Below, piece after piece: positions 13,385-26,984 of a stretch of 64,000 nucleotides of DNA (its first letter is position 1; each line of letters starts with the position of its first letter). Made by a program: the position numbers and the translations under genes. The notes under the pieces are model-generated. The model was not told where the DNA came from. It saw nothing but the letters and a program-made list of their open reading frames with translations, and did not search any database. The stretch comes from Octopus vulgaris (taxonomy: Eukaryota), in NCBI GenBank assembly GCA_951406725.2, contig OX597818.1, positions 140,120,001 to 140,184,000 of the forward strand. Direction: 5' to 3'.

Positions 13385-14025
13385 GCCTTTGCACAGCTTC
13401 TAACGCTGGAGATGTACTGCGGTGTTAGCTGTTCACTACCAGTGAGATAAGATAACACCCCTGAGTATTCGAGCGTTTCCAAGCAGTGCTGTTTTCTGCA
13501 AGTGATCCATTCTTATTGCAACCCCTATTTGTTTCATGTACTTCTTAAGATTGTTAATCAGTTTCCAGGCTCCGACAATTAGTAGTTATCATCCATAACT
13601 ACTTCACTTCTAACTTGTCATATCTATCGACATTTCTTTCTTCTTATAGCATACCTTGTTATAAGCTGGACATGCTATATCTATGATTAGCATAGTTTAC
13701 TTTCTTTTCAATTGACACTATGTCTGGCTTCCTATTCTCTATCTCGTGGTCACACTGAATCATAAAATCCCATAAGATTATTATCTGCCTTCGGGTTTGG
13801 AGCCGTACCAATTTTTTGCATTGTCAAGTTACAAAGTGTCCAATGTGGACAAGCCTTGATATATTGTCGTGGCGTCTCTTATATTCTTTCTGGGCTACTG
13901 GCATACATTGGCTGGTACATTGCCACACGGTTTCACCATTTTGTCCACATTCTGTATTTTATGTAATTTGTTCTTGAGCAGCACAGGTTACGGCCTCCGT
14001 TCCCTGTTTTAAATCACTTTTAGTC
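13385..14025 (-). pseudogene. Degenerate R2/R4-type non-LTR retrotransposon 3' fragment (zinc knuckle, restriction-like endonuclease)
   Basis: Minus-strand translation gives KRRHDNISRL, DHEIENRKPDIVSIEK and IIDIACP motifs, interrupted by stops and frameshifts. Confidence 0.7.
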
Positions 14026-14652
14026 ATCCACAACGAATTTTAAATCACATTTCGTCCATCCTTACGTTCGGAGTTCAAATTCTGCTGAGGTCGACTTTGC
14101 CTTTCATCCTTTCGGGGTCAATGAATTAAGTATCATCAAGTTCTGGGGTCGATGTGATCGAATTGCCCCCTCCCCACATATGTCAGGCCTATAGCAGAAA
14201 GGGTTGTTGTTATTATTATTAAGGAAGCGATCTAGCAGAATCGCTAGCGCGCAGCGCTAAAATGCATAGTGGCATTTCATCCGCCAGAGTTACTAACCAG
14301 ATTAATTTTAAATATTTTCGCACATTTCCGTTTACAACATTTCATATATAGAGGCTTCCAAGGACCGAGGCTGTCTTAGCAGACACCAGCTCAAGATACT
14401 GGGAACTGGCACTGAACCCGAAGCCATACAATTGCGTAAATAAGCTTACATTTATGATGGAAGAGCTTATGAAGTAGTCAACTGGTGCATGCTAAACAAT
14501 AGAAACGTTCACATGATCAGCTAGATATAGGAACCAAATAATCAAAGAATAGTGAATTGTTTTGTAGAAAGTCCATATAAGACAGTACCGTTGTAGTTTT
14601 ACTATGTCTCGACCGGGAAGAGGGTTGGCATGAAAGTAACGGTTCTAATAAG

Positions 14653-14977
14653 GAGCACTCCGTCGGTTACGACGACGAGGGTCCCAGCTGATACGATCAA
14701 TGGAACAGCTTGCTCGTGGAATTAACGTGCAAGTGACTGAGCAATCCACAGACACGAGTACCCTTAACGTAGTTCTCAGGGAGATTCAGCGTGACACAGA
14801 GTGTGACAAAGCTGGCTCTTTGAAATACAGGTACAACTCATTTTTGCCAGCTGAGTGGACTGGAGCAACGTGAAATAAAGTGTCTTGCTCAAGGACACAA
14901 CGCATCGCCGGGAATCGAACTCACGACCTTACAATAGTCAGCCGAATGCCCTAACCACTAAGCCATGCGCTTTCACT
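14653..14977 (-). mobile_element. tRNA-derived SINE family C (different head and body, same 3' tail as family B)
   Basis: Head GCGCATGGCTTAGTGGTTAGGGCATTCGG..GAGTTCGATTCCC, body GTGTCCTTGAGCAAGACACTTTATTTCAC, shared tail. TSD acggttctaataa on both sides. Confidence 0.88.
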
Positions 14978-15150
14978 TGACGGTTCTAATAACAAATATA
15001 GTATGAGTGGAACGCTTATAAGTACAAAACAGGGCTGGCCTGGATTTGGAAATATCAGCATGAACTTATATATGGGTATTGGTCTCAGAGGCTTACACAC
15101 CACTGCAGAAACAACAGCAACCTGAAAACAGCAATCCCAACCGTGACATT

Positions 15151-15597
<447 letters not shown>

Positions 15598-16102
15598 GAA
15601 GCATTATCGAGCAGACTACATTACATTCTTTCAGTTACAATCTTTTAATCACCACCGTATCCATCAACATAGTAAACTACAAATTCACCCTAGCTCCACC
15701 ATACGTGGCCACCATCGACGATACTAACACCACCTTAATAACAACAATTTTCTATAACATTATTACCATCATCGTATCCATTAGTCGAAAACACCATCAC
15801 CGAGTCTGCATACACTATCGTATGTCGCCAATCGCAGCGGAAATATTAATACACATCAATAAGCAAAGTACATATACTGAAATATCAAAATAAATCTATA
15901 AACGAAAAAGATATCGATCAGAATGTACGATAACGAGGCATACATTCAATATTATCTATTTGTAATATGGCTTAGATTTTTCAATTATCAACTTTTCATA
16001 TCTTCAATCTATTTATCATTAAAACGAATCAATTTTTACTTAGTATCAATAATAATTCTTTCTCATACACAAATACATACATACGTACGTAAATACTTAT
16101 AC

Positions 16103-16165
<63 letters not shown>

Positions 16166-16237
16166 CGTATATAGTATATACTATATATATATATATATAT
16201 ACATATATATATGTATGTATGTATGTATGTATTTGTG

Positions 16238-16279
<42 letters not shown>

Positions 16280-17133
16280 CATACTCATATGCATATATAT
16301 ATATGCGTGTGTTTATGTTTCTTCCACCAACCCTTTCCTTACATCATTAATACTTAAACTCACCGTTCTTTGAATCATAAAATCTTATAGTTCTAATAAT
16401 AATCATTAGTTGTAGTTTTTTTTCTTAATGTTGAGAATGCTTGTTTAATTTCTCAAACGTAACGTTACATCAGCGATATATATATTTTTTCGAATATATA
16501 CAATATATTTTGTACAACTCGTTAAGACATCGATCGAAGATAATGTAAATTTAAATGGAGCCATTTAAATATATATGTTTATAGATGTCTACGTATATGT
16601 ATATAAGTATATGTTCCTCTTTCTCTCTTTCTTTCACACACACACATACACTCAATTTATATATATATATATATATGTTTGTATGTATATTTACAACAAG
16701 CATATGTTGGTATATGTGTATTCACATAATTACCTACTACTTTGGAAGTGAATTCGCGCAAACTACCCGAGTATATATTTCATTCGGCTTGCATAATGTT
16801 CATAAATATGTCTGGCAGCATGTTTACTTACCCAAACACGAGACCATTGGAAACGGGTATAATTGCTAGGGGAGAAAAGATTTAATCGGTTCATGCTGGT
16901 TTTAAATATTCTTTATGACAATCAATCACGCAACTACTTTCTCCAGACATCTCGTTAAAAATTTAATTTCGTTTTCATACAAAAGAATGCAACACCAAAA
17001 CTATTTCCACAACTTTGATTAATTCATATTTACATTTAAAAGTACAAATATAATACAATAAAATATAGTATAATATATAATCATGTGTCTTTCTCTGTCT
17101 CTGTCTCTCTCTCTCTCTGTCTCTGTCTCTGTC

Positions 17134-17164
<31 letters not shown>

Positions 17165-17559
17165 GTATATCTATATGGGTACACGCATACTTATTTATCT
17201 GGAAATACTTACGCTTAAATACATTAGATTTCATGTTGTAATTTGAAAATAAAATCATATAGACATAAAGATAAATGAAAATGTTGACAACAAAATCCTT
17301 ATCTTTTTAATCATTGAGATGCAATCCAATTTTAAACAAGTTAGAATTAAAATGATGTTTGGTGAGTCAGAGAAATGTAAACAGTAAGAAAGTTTTATAT
17401 ACGTATAAGCATGTATATATATGTATGTATGTGTGTATGTATGTATGTATGTATGTATGTATGTATGTATGTATTGATGGATATTTGGATGGATGAGTAT
17501 ACAAAATATTTTTACTTTGTTCATACAAATACAAATCAAGCTTGCTGATTTTCTTTAAA

Positions 17560-17599
17560 TAGTAATAATAATAACAACAACAACAACAATAATAATAGC

Positions 17600-17691
<92 letters not shown>

Positions 17692-17708
17692 TAATAAAAA
17701 TAATAATC
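17560..17708. repeat. (AAT)n/(AAC)n microsatellite
   Basis: Directly visible. Confidence 0.95.
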
Positions 17709-17711
17709 ATG

Positions 17712-18200
17712 TACATTCTTTTGTCTTGGTATAAAAGATGAGCAACAGCTAATATTCTGTTTAATACCACAGATTTGCTTGTCAGTTGTTTGACCTTAAC
17801 CAGTTGAGCATGTCCCTTAGTGGTTGACGATATGTGCATCTCTGATCACAAGCAGAAGTAGTGGGGGAGCATCATAGCCATGTGTTGAGAGGAATTCTTT
17901 GGGGTTTGGATAATTCCCCTCTGGGCACATGAGTGTTTCGTTCGACATCCTTAAACAACCCTTATTCAGGGATCTTTTGAGCGGGATGGGCTCCTCGACT
18001 TGAAGAAAATTCTAACTGGGCCCCACCTGTAAGGTCATGTGCTGTTTACCTTGATATGAGATCACCATATCGCGCACATATGGTTGTGATGCATGTGCCT
18101 GGTGTACCCTTATCAGACAGGTAGTCATGATGTGTATACTGGGCTTCGTCTATTTTACCCCAGTGTCACTTTGATGGTATACACTGCCCACTCACTCAAT
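17712..18200 (-). mobile_element. Non-coding interspersed repeat family E (~490 bp), flanked by AAT repeats
   Basis: A second partial copy lies at 20125-20345 (shared caacccttattcaggga..ttttgagc, gatgcatgtgcctgg.gtacccttat). Orientation is inferred. Confidence 0.7.
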
Positions 18201-18219
18201 AATGATGATGAAATTTTCT

Positions 18220-18920
18220 AATTTTGGCACGAGGCCAGTAACTGTGTAGTGAGTATGAAGTCGGTTGCATCAGCTCCACCGCAGCACTGGCGCTTATTTT
18301 ATTGATGCCGAAATGATGGATAGAAAAGTTGACCTTGGAGGCAGTCGAACTGAATATATAAAGAGCTGAAAGAAATACTGCTAGACACTTTGTTCGACGC
18401 ACTAACGATTCTATTAGCTTGTCATCAAACATTGATAATACTATAGTACAAAGGCGGCGAGTTGGCAGAGTCGTAAGCACTCCGGGTAAAATGCTTATCA
18501 GTATTTCGTCCAGCTTTACGTTCTGAGTTCAAATTCCGGCGAGGTTGACTTTGCCTTTCACGTGTTTGGGGTCAATAGAATAAAGTACTATTGATCACGG
18601 TCATCGATGTGATTGACTTAGCCCTTCCTCTAAATTGCCGGCCTTGTGCCAAGATTTGAAACTAGTGTTTATGATAATACTAATAATTACTCTAATAATA
18701 GTAATCCTTTCTGCTGGAAGCACAAGACCTCATATTTATGGGTAGCGGAGTAGTCGATTACAACGACCCCAATGAAACACTGATACTTCATTTATCAACT
18801 CCGAAAGGAGGAAAGGCAAAGTTAACCTCGGTGGAATTTGAACTGAGAACGTAGCAGTAGACGAAATACCGCTAAGTATTTCGTCCAGTGCTCTAACGAT
18901 TCTGCCAGCTCACAGCCTTA
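18220..18920. mobile_element. Cluster of three degenerate SINE A-related copies (minus, plus, minus)
   Basis: aaggcggcgagttggcag head at 18451 (+); reverse heads end near 18425 and 18919. Confidence 0.7.
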
Positions 18921-19853
18921 ATATTAATAGTAATAAAATAGTCACAATACAAAGTATAGTAACATAAATATTCTTTACTTATAATGCCGTATGCAATAAT
19001 GATGAAGAATGCATTACATACACTGAGTGTTTATGCGGGATAAATATGAAAATAAATTTAATCGTAAGCATGGAAAACACAGGTATGTAAATGGTATGAA
19101 ATGAAAATTCCCTATTAGAGAAATCAGTTTCAGCCAATTAAATAACGTTACCTATACAGAATTTTTCCTGTCACAAGCAATCTCTATGAACAGGTTTCTT
19201 CAGGTTGTACGTGCATTCTTAGAATACTTTCATAGTAGAAACAGAACAGATATGAAATGATAAAACTTGAGCGAGAGCGCAAAAATCGGGTATAGAGAAA
19301 GGGTGGAAAAACTATGAAGGGAGAGATAGAGGGTGGATGATTGAGAAAGAGAAGGAGAGAAAGAGTAAGAGAGAGATGGGAAGAGATTACAAGTGTTTGC
19401 TGGCATAGAACAAAGACGTCTGGATTAGAAAAAACAAATTAGAATGACAATGGTTGTTGAAATTGGAGATGGAAGAGATCTTAAAAATTGTAGTACCTGA
19501 TGAACATGATTAAACATGATGCATTAGAAGCAAAATAGTGGGGTTGAAAAAATTACTTTATGGAGGGAAAGGTTTTAAAAATTATAGAATCTTATAGCAA
19601 TGTTTAAATCTGATGTTCTACAGACATCAGAAAATAGCATGGGATTGCTGCGAAGGAATGCAGGATACAAATACCTGTTTCAGGTACGGTAATGGAAAGA
19701 AAAATGAGTGAATCTCGAAAGGGCACAAAAGAAAGGGCACAAGGGAAGGTTTTTGAAACAAAACTAACCTCCCTCACATGCAGCCAGGCATTTGTACCTT
19801 ATTTCTGACACACTTATGGCGCTTCAGAAGAATTCTTCTTCGTCAGCTTTGGA

Positions 19854-20118
19854 AGCACTCCGTCGGTTACGACGATGAGGGTTCCGGTTGATCCGAATCA
19901 ACGGAACAGCCTGCTCGTGAAATTAACGTATAAGTGGCTGAGCACTCCACAGACACGTGTACTCTTAACGTAGTTCTCGGGGATATTCAGCGTGACACAG
20001 AGAGTGACAAGGCCGGCCCCTTGAAATACAGGCACAACAGAAACAGGAAGTAAGAGTGAGAGAAAGTTGTGGTGAAAGAGTACAGCAGGGATCACCACCA
20101 TACCCTGCTGGAGCCTCG
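19854..20118 (-). mobile_element. 5'-truncated SINE family B
   Basis: Reverse complement of the family B body and tail. Confidence 0.88.
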
Positions 20119-20124
20119 GATAAG

Positions 20125-20383
20125 TGGGTGTCTTGTACAACATCCTCAAACAACCCTTATTCAGGGACCTTTTGAGCAGGATGAACTATTCGAGAAGAAG
20201 AAAATTCTAACTGGGTCCCACCTGCAAGGTCATGCGCTGTTTATCTTGATATGAGATCACCGTATCGCATACATATGGTTGTGATGCATGTGCCTGGAGT
20301 ACCCTTATTAGATGTACATAGTCGTGATGGCTATACTAGGTTTCGGACTACCCGTTTGATAAGGGTACACCAGGCACATGCAT
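20125..20383 (-). mobile_element. Partial family E copy with a short inverted segment
   Basis: 20351-20383 is an imperfect reverse complement of ~20284-20315. Confidence 0.7.
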
Positions 20384-20420
20384 TATTATTATTATCAGTA
20401 TTATTATTATTATTATTATT

Positions 20421-21300
20421 CTATGTTTGACTTTTGCTTTATATTTGTACAAGTTGGCTCCAAGTCTCACCCAGAGACCTCAAGAGACAACAGGGTTGGA
20501 AGTTCATGTTGTTGTTATGCCTAGTGTGCCATATATTTGGGGGTGGGGATGTTGTACTAATGAATGTCTAAAAAAAAAAGTTTTTTTTTTTTTTAAACCG
20601 AAAATTATGTTTGTTTTAAACCTTGAGATTACATAGAGATTATTTTGCGTAGGATATGAGCAGTTCCCATGAGCACTATCTTTTGAACTTCTGCCATTTT
20701 TGGGTTTCCTGGTATCTGAGTTAGGTAGCTATCAGCCCCTTTTGCTATCATTCCCAGGGCACCTATGACAACAGGTATTGTTTTAGTCTTCAGCTTCCAC
20801 ATTTTGCTGATTTCTATTTCAAGATCTTTATATTTGCTCAGTTTTTGGTAGGTCTTGACAGATACGTTTATATCGATTGGGACAGTCATATCAATGAGGA
20901 GGCATGTTCTTTGTTTGAAGTCTTTCAATATGATGTCTGGCCTATTTGCATCTATCTTCCTGTCAGTTTGAATGGTGAAGTTCCAGAGGAGTGAGATGTG
21001 GTCATTTTCAAGCACTGGGGGTGGTTTGTGTTCCCACCAGTTTTTTTCATGGGGCAAATCCAGGTTTTTACAGATTACCCAGTGAATATATTGTGCAGCT
21101 CTATCGTGCCTGTTGAGATACTCTGTAGGCGCTAGAAGACTGCACTTGGAGACCACATGGTCAATGGTTTCATTTTGTTGCTTGCATACACGACACGTTG
21201 GACTGCTTCTGATCTTTAATATGTTGGCCTGGTAGTTTCTTGTTGGTAGGCATTGATCTTGAGCTGCTATGATAAACCCCTCTGTTTCAGATTTTAAGCC
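20421..21300 (-). mobile_element. 5'-truncated R4/Dong-clade non-LTR retrotransposon inserted in (TAA)n
   Basis: Open frame 21300-20629: GLKSETEGFIIAAQDQ..CRVC..ETIDHVVSKC (CCHC), RHD, NRPDIILKD..LLIDMTVP..KLSKYKDL (restriction-like endonuclease). 3' UTR 20421-20628. (TAT)n on both flanks. Confidence 0.93.
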
Positions 21301-21373
<73 letters not shown>

Positions 21374-22178
21374 GTTATTATTAACTGGAATATTTTATGT
21401 ATAACGATTTATAAAAATAAGATATTTTAATAGAAATATCATCAGCAGTAATGCATTGGACTACGGCAGTGATATCGAACGTTTCACTGACTATAATGAT
21501 GACGTCGATGATGGTTCTTTTCATGATCATGTGGAGGAGGAAGCGGATGATGCTTTTGCTGGTGATGATGACAAAACAGGAAAAAGTGGGAAATAAGAAG
21601 CGGTGTCGTGGTTGATATAATGACAGTCACTTATATCACTTAATTTCTCAAAACGCTTAATATTTTAATTGAAGAGAGAAGTATGAATTATGAGGGGACA
21701 TTACATACATGTAAACGATGGTGTGGTGTATGCATAATTATATTCAAAATGCTGGTGTCCAATGTAAAGATATATACACATGCTGGTCTGTGTATAAACA
21801 CATACACAAAGATTGTCTTTTTGTCTCTTTATGTATGCTTACGTGTGTGTGTATATTTGTGTAAGAGCATATGTGATGATGTTTATTATATATACACGTG
21901 TAATATCATGAATAAGCGTTTGGGGTAAATTCCAGATGATTATTACCGAGTTTCTGCGGATTTATATGTTGAATTATAAAATTATAATAGGGAAAAGTGG
22001 TAACCATAGATATAACTTTCCAATTAACGATTCCTATATTTTGAATATTTTTCGATTTCTCTCTCCCTCTCTGTCTGTTTGTCTGTTTCTGTCTCTCATT
22101 ATACAAATGCAAAAATGGATGCATACATACATATATACATACATGCATACGTACGTACATACACAAACATACATATAC

Positions 22179-22243
<65 letters not shown>

Positions 22244-22244
<1 letters not shown>

Positions 22245-22468
22245 ACTAATCCCTCGCATAATCGCGGTTCACCTATCGCGGTATATTATTTAAACTTACA
22301 TCGAATCCTCTGTGCTGTTGCTTTGCATTTACAATAAGATAAATATATAAAAAATTATAGAAATGATAACAAAGATATACAGAACAGTACTGTTTCTACT
22401 TCGCGGATTTTCACCTATCGCGGGTAGTTTGAGAACGTAATACTCCTGACAGGCGAGGGATTACTGTA
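22244..22468. mobile_element. Tigger/pogo-like MITE
   Basis: TIRs CA(C/G)TAATCCCTCGC ... GCGAGGGATTACTG-TA with internal ttcacctatcgcgg subterminal repeats; abuts (TA)n. Confidence 0.75.
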
Positions 22469-22774
22469 TAGACATACTCGTAGATACGCACACATACCCA
22501 GTCATATGTCTATGACCCTACCTATCATTTCTTCCATTATCCACTTTCGTGAACTATTCCTTGTCCATCCTTTTTCCTTTCTCTCCCCACACTTCACCTT
22601 TTCCCACTGTATTGTCTTCCCCAACCTTCTTTCGCTTCGTCTTTCCCTACACTTTCTCCTCTTTGTACAACCCTTCCTTTTCCCCCATTCTTGGCCATCA
22701 TTTTACTGCGTGACTACTAATCTAGTGAGATGGGCCTTTCTCAGTTCCTCGTCATAGCATTTAATTCTTTTGGA

Positions 22775-23055
22775 CACACTGCCGTATGTCTGACACACGA
22801 CTCACAAAGTGTATGTTCCACAGCAAACCGGCAGAAAGCAAACGCGTGCAAAGTGGGCAGAAAAGCGCTTGAAGGATACTTATAAAACCTCGCTGAAGGG
22901 CTTTCAGATCAATCCCCATACAAAGAAAATGCAAGCACAAGACCACAATGCCTGGCGAAGCTTTGCCAACAGAGGTGTCACCTCCTATGAACACAACAGG
23001 ATTGCTGGGCACAAAGAAAACGCGAGACATGCAGGTCCAGAGCAATTTACTTGCG
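22775..23055 (+). pseudogene. RTE-clade LINE 3' coding fragment
   Basis: KRLKDTYKTSLKGFQIN...AQDHNAWRS resembles the RTE/BovB C-terminus (KR.KD.LK..L...I....W...A.DR..WR). Confidence 0.7.
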
Positions 23056-23059
23056 TTTA

Positions 23060-23965
23060 ATCCCAGAAGACTGCCAATGCCCATGTATTCATTGTCCTGT
23101 CCTGATCTTGTTTTTCCATTGATTTTACTCTCCACAATCAATTTGATTTTCCTTAGGTATTCTCGCCTACTGGTCTCCATCATTTCGCTCACCTTCAACA
23201 TTATTAATTCTCTCACCGTTGGGTAGTTCTATACTGTCAGATAACAATATTGTATCTCTTTTATGGTAAACATCCCACCCTTATTTATTATGATTTCCTT
23301 TTCTATCTCGATATCCTTACTTAGTAGTTGCACTGCTGAAACCAGACCATTTATTTCACGCACACAAACTCCCGAAGATATTTACGACATCCATATACAA
23401 CAACTGATTCAACTATTCTTCACTTTTCAAGGTGTACTCTGATGTCACTTTCCGTATCATCTGTGTGAGGAGCATAATGCAAATCACAAATAGCTATGGT
23501 AACACAATATCTCCCGGAAATATGCCCTTCTTAACGTTAACATTCACCAAAAATTCTCCTCATGATGTTAACTCAGTATTCCAAATGATATTAACTCAGA
23601 GTTTAAACTCTTCAATGTTCTGATAAAATTTAAAATGTTATCAGACCTCTGAACCGACTAAAGAATTTCCTAAGTTTAGGAATAGGGGATCATGTTATAA
23701 GCTTTCCTATAATCGATCCAGGCCAAACCCAGATAAGTATGTTTTGTCTTAAAATTGTTCAGTACTTTATCGTCTATCAGAAGTTGATCTTTTGTCCCTC
23801 ATCATTTCTTCCTACATCCATTCTGTTCCATTGACAGCTGGTCCCTCATTCATTTCAAGGAGATCATATACACAATTAGATATTATTCCTGTCATCAGGT
23901 TCCACAACAAAAGTTGGCAGGAGATTGAACGTTAATTATCTATTGCATTACTTTTACCAGGCTAT
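23060..23965 (-). pseudogene. Degenerate R4/Dong-like LINE reverse transcriptase fragment
   Basis: Minus strand encodes EQNGCRK..GTKDQLLID..LGLAWIDYRKAYNMIP, with many disablements. Confidence 0.7.
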
Positions 23966-23969
23966 TTTG

Positions 23970-25190
23970 TGGGTGTCACCGAACTGAAGCGTTTACTTTC
24001 CCATTTCTTGTAGAGATACGCATTCCACTGCTCGTTTCTTGTGGAAATACGCATTCCACTTCTCAGGCGGTTCATCTGCTACCAGTGTTGTCTGGATATC
24101 GGGCTTGTTAATGCACAGACAGGCGCTGCGGCTGCGCCACTTACAGATTTTCCTGGATGGTGAGCCGGTGTAGTCTTCGTTTGTAAGACACGCTTTTCCG
24201 CCGTTCTCTTTGGCGGAGCTGAATTCCTTAGTCAAGAAAAACCAGTATTATGCGCCTGGCATCTGGAATGTCATCAGGCTCTCACTGGTCTCTTCCAGTT
24301 GAGTAATCCAGTCGTCGAAAGTTCTCGGTAACAATATACAGAAATCTAGTGGTGAGTAAATCCGATGAATTTCTAGAAGAATCTCTAGGCGTTGACGAAG
24401 ATGAACAAGCTGGTCTATTTCGGAGGACGTTCGGACAACTTCCAGAAATCCATAGCCTTGCAGTGCTACTGGGGATCACTCTCAGGTCGAGATAAACTAT
24501 ACAGGTATGGAAGTACTGTCAAGCAGGATAGTCCAAGAATCCCGCAGATCGACGAAACTGTTCTGCATGCACTCTTGCAGTGTCCGAGTACTGCTGACTT
24601 ACGAAGATATGTCGAACAACAGTTATCAAGTGCGGGACGAATCCGATTATCTGCCGAATCCATCGGAAGGATTGCCCCACCAGCCACCTTTAACAAGGCG
24701 GAGAAAGGGGAGTTGCTCTGGCTAGTGGTTTTGGCGAAAGAGGTTGTGTGGTGGACAAAGATGAAATGATTGAGAAAAGGTACCTTCGTCTTTGATCAAA
24801 CTCTCATTGACCTTTTTAAGTGTCACTTGGAAAAGAAAGTGAACGTGGAAATGGGAGTGCTACCCACCAATGAATTTGTGAAAAAATGGGTACTTGTGAC
24901 AAAAATGTGTAAAGTGAATGGCCCTACTCTAAGTGTGCCACTGTAGATTGGGGAACATGAAACAAGGATTACAACATTGATGGTCAGGGTAATGTTGGAT
25001 CTGAGTGTTCTTTGATCGGCCCTAGTTAGAGTTTCTTCTGTATCAGGAGGACTACAATATTCATATTATCACATGATAACTATGTATACTTCCATCGTAT
25101 TTCATTATCTTTTCCATTTCCTTCTCTCCATCTTTATGTAAATCCTCACACTAATTGTTTACTGTCCTTGTGATGAACCCCTCATCTATA
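23970..25190 (+). pseudogene. Degenerate L1/Tx1-like LINE ORF2 3' fragment and UTR
   Basis: ORF 24392-24769 has RDKLYRYG....P....ETVLHALLQCP (degenerate C-terminal knuckle), AKEVVWW and F..KW further on; runs into (ATT)n. Confidence 0.65.
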
Positions 25191-25207
25191 CCATCGTGGC
25201 TAATAGA

Positions 25208-25338
<131 letters not shown>

Positions 25339-26292
25339 TGTGCACAAACAGACAAAACGATCAAGGTTTCATTTTGTTGTTTACTTACGCGACATGTTGA
25401 TGCCCTGTCGTTCATGAATATGTTGGCCTGGTACAGGCATTGATCTTGGGCTGCTATAATAAACCCTTCTGTTTCGGATTTTAAACTAGAAGATACTAAC
25501 CATTGAAGGGTAAGGTCTTTGCCAACATCGGCATTATTAGCTCTCTTTGGGGATTTGCCATTGAGAGGTTTTTCTTGCCATTTATACGTAAGAATACCTC
25601 AGACAGCAGTTTTAGCACGTGTTTTTATACGCCTAGCTTTTTCTGTAGTTGTTTCCAGTACGTCTAATTCTGAGATTTGTCGTATTTGGAATTCACTTAG
25701 ATAATTCTTTGCCTGTTTTATTACTGAGTATGATGTTTTCCTGTTTTCATGCTTTAAGACTAGTTTTAACATCCACTCATCAGAGTTTTTCAGGTAGGTG
25801 TTTAGGCCAATTGTGGCAATCTTCATTGTTAATTCCAACTGCAAAAGTCCATGGCCACCCTCTTTTCTTGACAAGTATAGTCGTTCTATATCTGCCTTAG
25901 TGTGGTGCATTCTAAGCATTGTCAACAATTTTCGTATTTTTCTGTCAAGATTACATATTTCGGTAATTGACCTGTTAATGATATTGAAACTATAAGTCGC
26001 TACCGTTATCGCTAAAGTATTGATCACTTCGATCCTGTTTCTTGCATTCAACTCTGTCTTGAGTATTGCCCTTACTCCTCGATAGCATTCTCTCCTGATC
26101 CTTTCCCTCATCACTGAATGTTTGCTTCCATCACCTTCAAATTCCTCTAGATATTTGTAGCTCTGCTTATAACTCTTTTATGACGTTCTGCTGTTCAAGA
26201 ATATTGTTAGATGTTTCTGTCATTTTTCCTTTGATAAATGTAGCTTTTTCACATTTATCGATGCCAAATTGCATCCTGGTGTCATCAATGAA
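25339..26292 (-). pseudogene. Second R4/Dong-clade LINE fragment (RT end, thumb, start of zinc knuckle)
   Basis: DDTRMQFGIDKCEK, YKYL, ORF 25599-26114 (ELNARNRIEVINTLAI..YSF..LDRKIRKLL..H..ADIERLY..RKEGG.GL) and KSETEGFIIAAQDQ, matching the copy at 20421-21300. Confidence 0.88.
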
Positions 26293-26914
26293 TATTTCGA
26301 GTGTATGCGTAATTAATCAATTTACGTATTTACTGTCTTCTTCCACTTATATCATATAATCTTTAAACTTTCCGATGTTGATTTCACATCTATCTTTCAC
26401 CCATGTTGCACTGAGACATGGTGCATTGGGGAAACTGTGAACTGTGCTTTGTATCGCATTGAAATTTCGTTTTTGTGATTATTTCCTTCAAGTTTTCCAG
26501 AGATTCCTTTATCCCATTCCACCGATGTTATTAGATCAGATTTGGTTTTTGTATTGAGAGCCCGGTGTAGCACGTCCATGTTTTTGTTATTACTATTATT
26601 ATTATTATTATTATCATTATTGACGTTGTTGCTGTTATTAAAACAATTTGAGTTGAAGAAAGAAAACAATAAAACAATTATATCTTGCAATCAAAAGATA
26701 CATTTGCTCAATCCCGGGGAAAGTTAATATCATCAGTGTCTCCATTGAGACTTCATAGAAAGAATTTATACATGAACTCTAACTACATTCACACATCCAT
26801 CGCATATGGATACAGCTTCATTTGTTTTTAAAGTTTTTTTTGTTTTACGCTCTTTTATTTTTTAATCTTCTCCTTCAAACACTCAAACGTCGAAATCGAC
26901 AGGAGTGGCCATTA

Positions 26915-26984
<70 letters not shown>

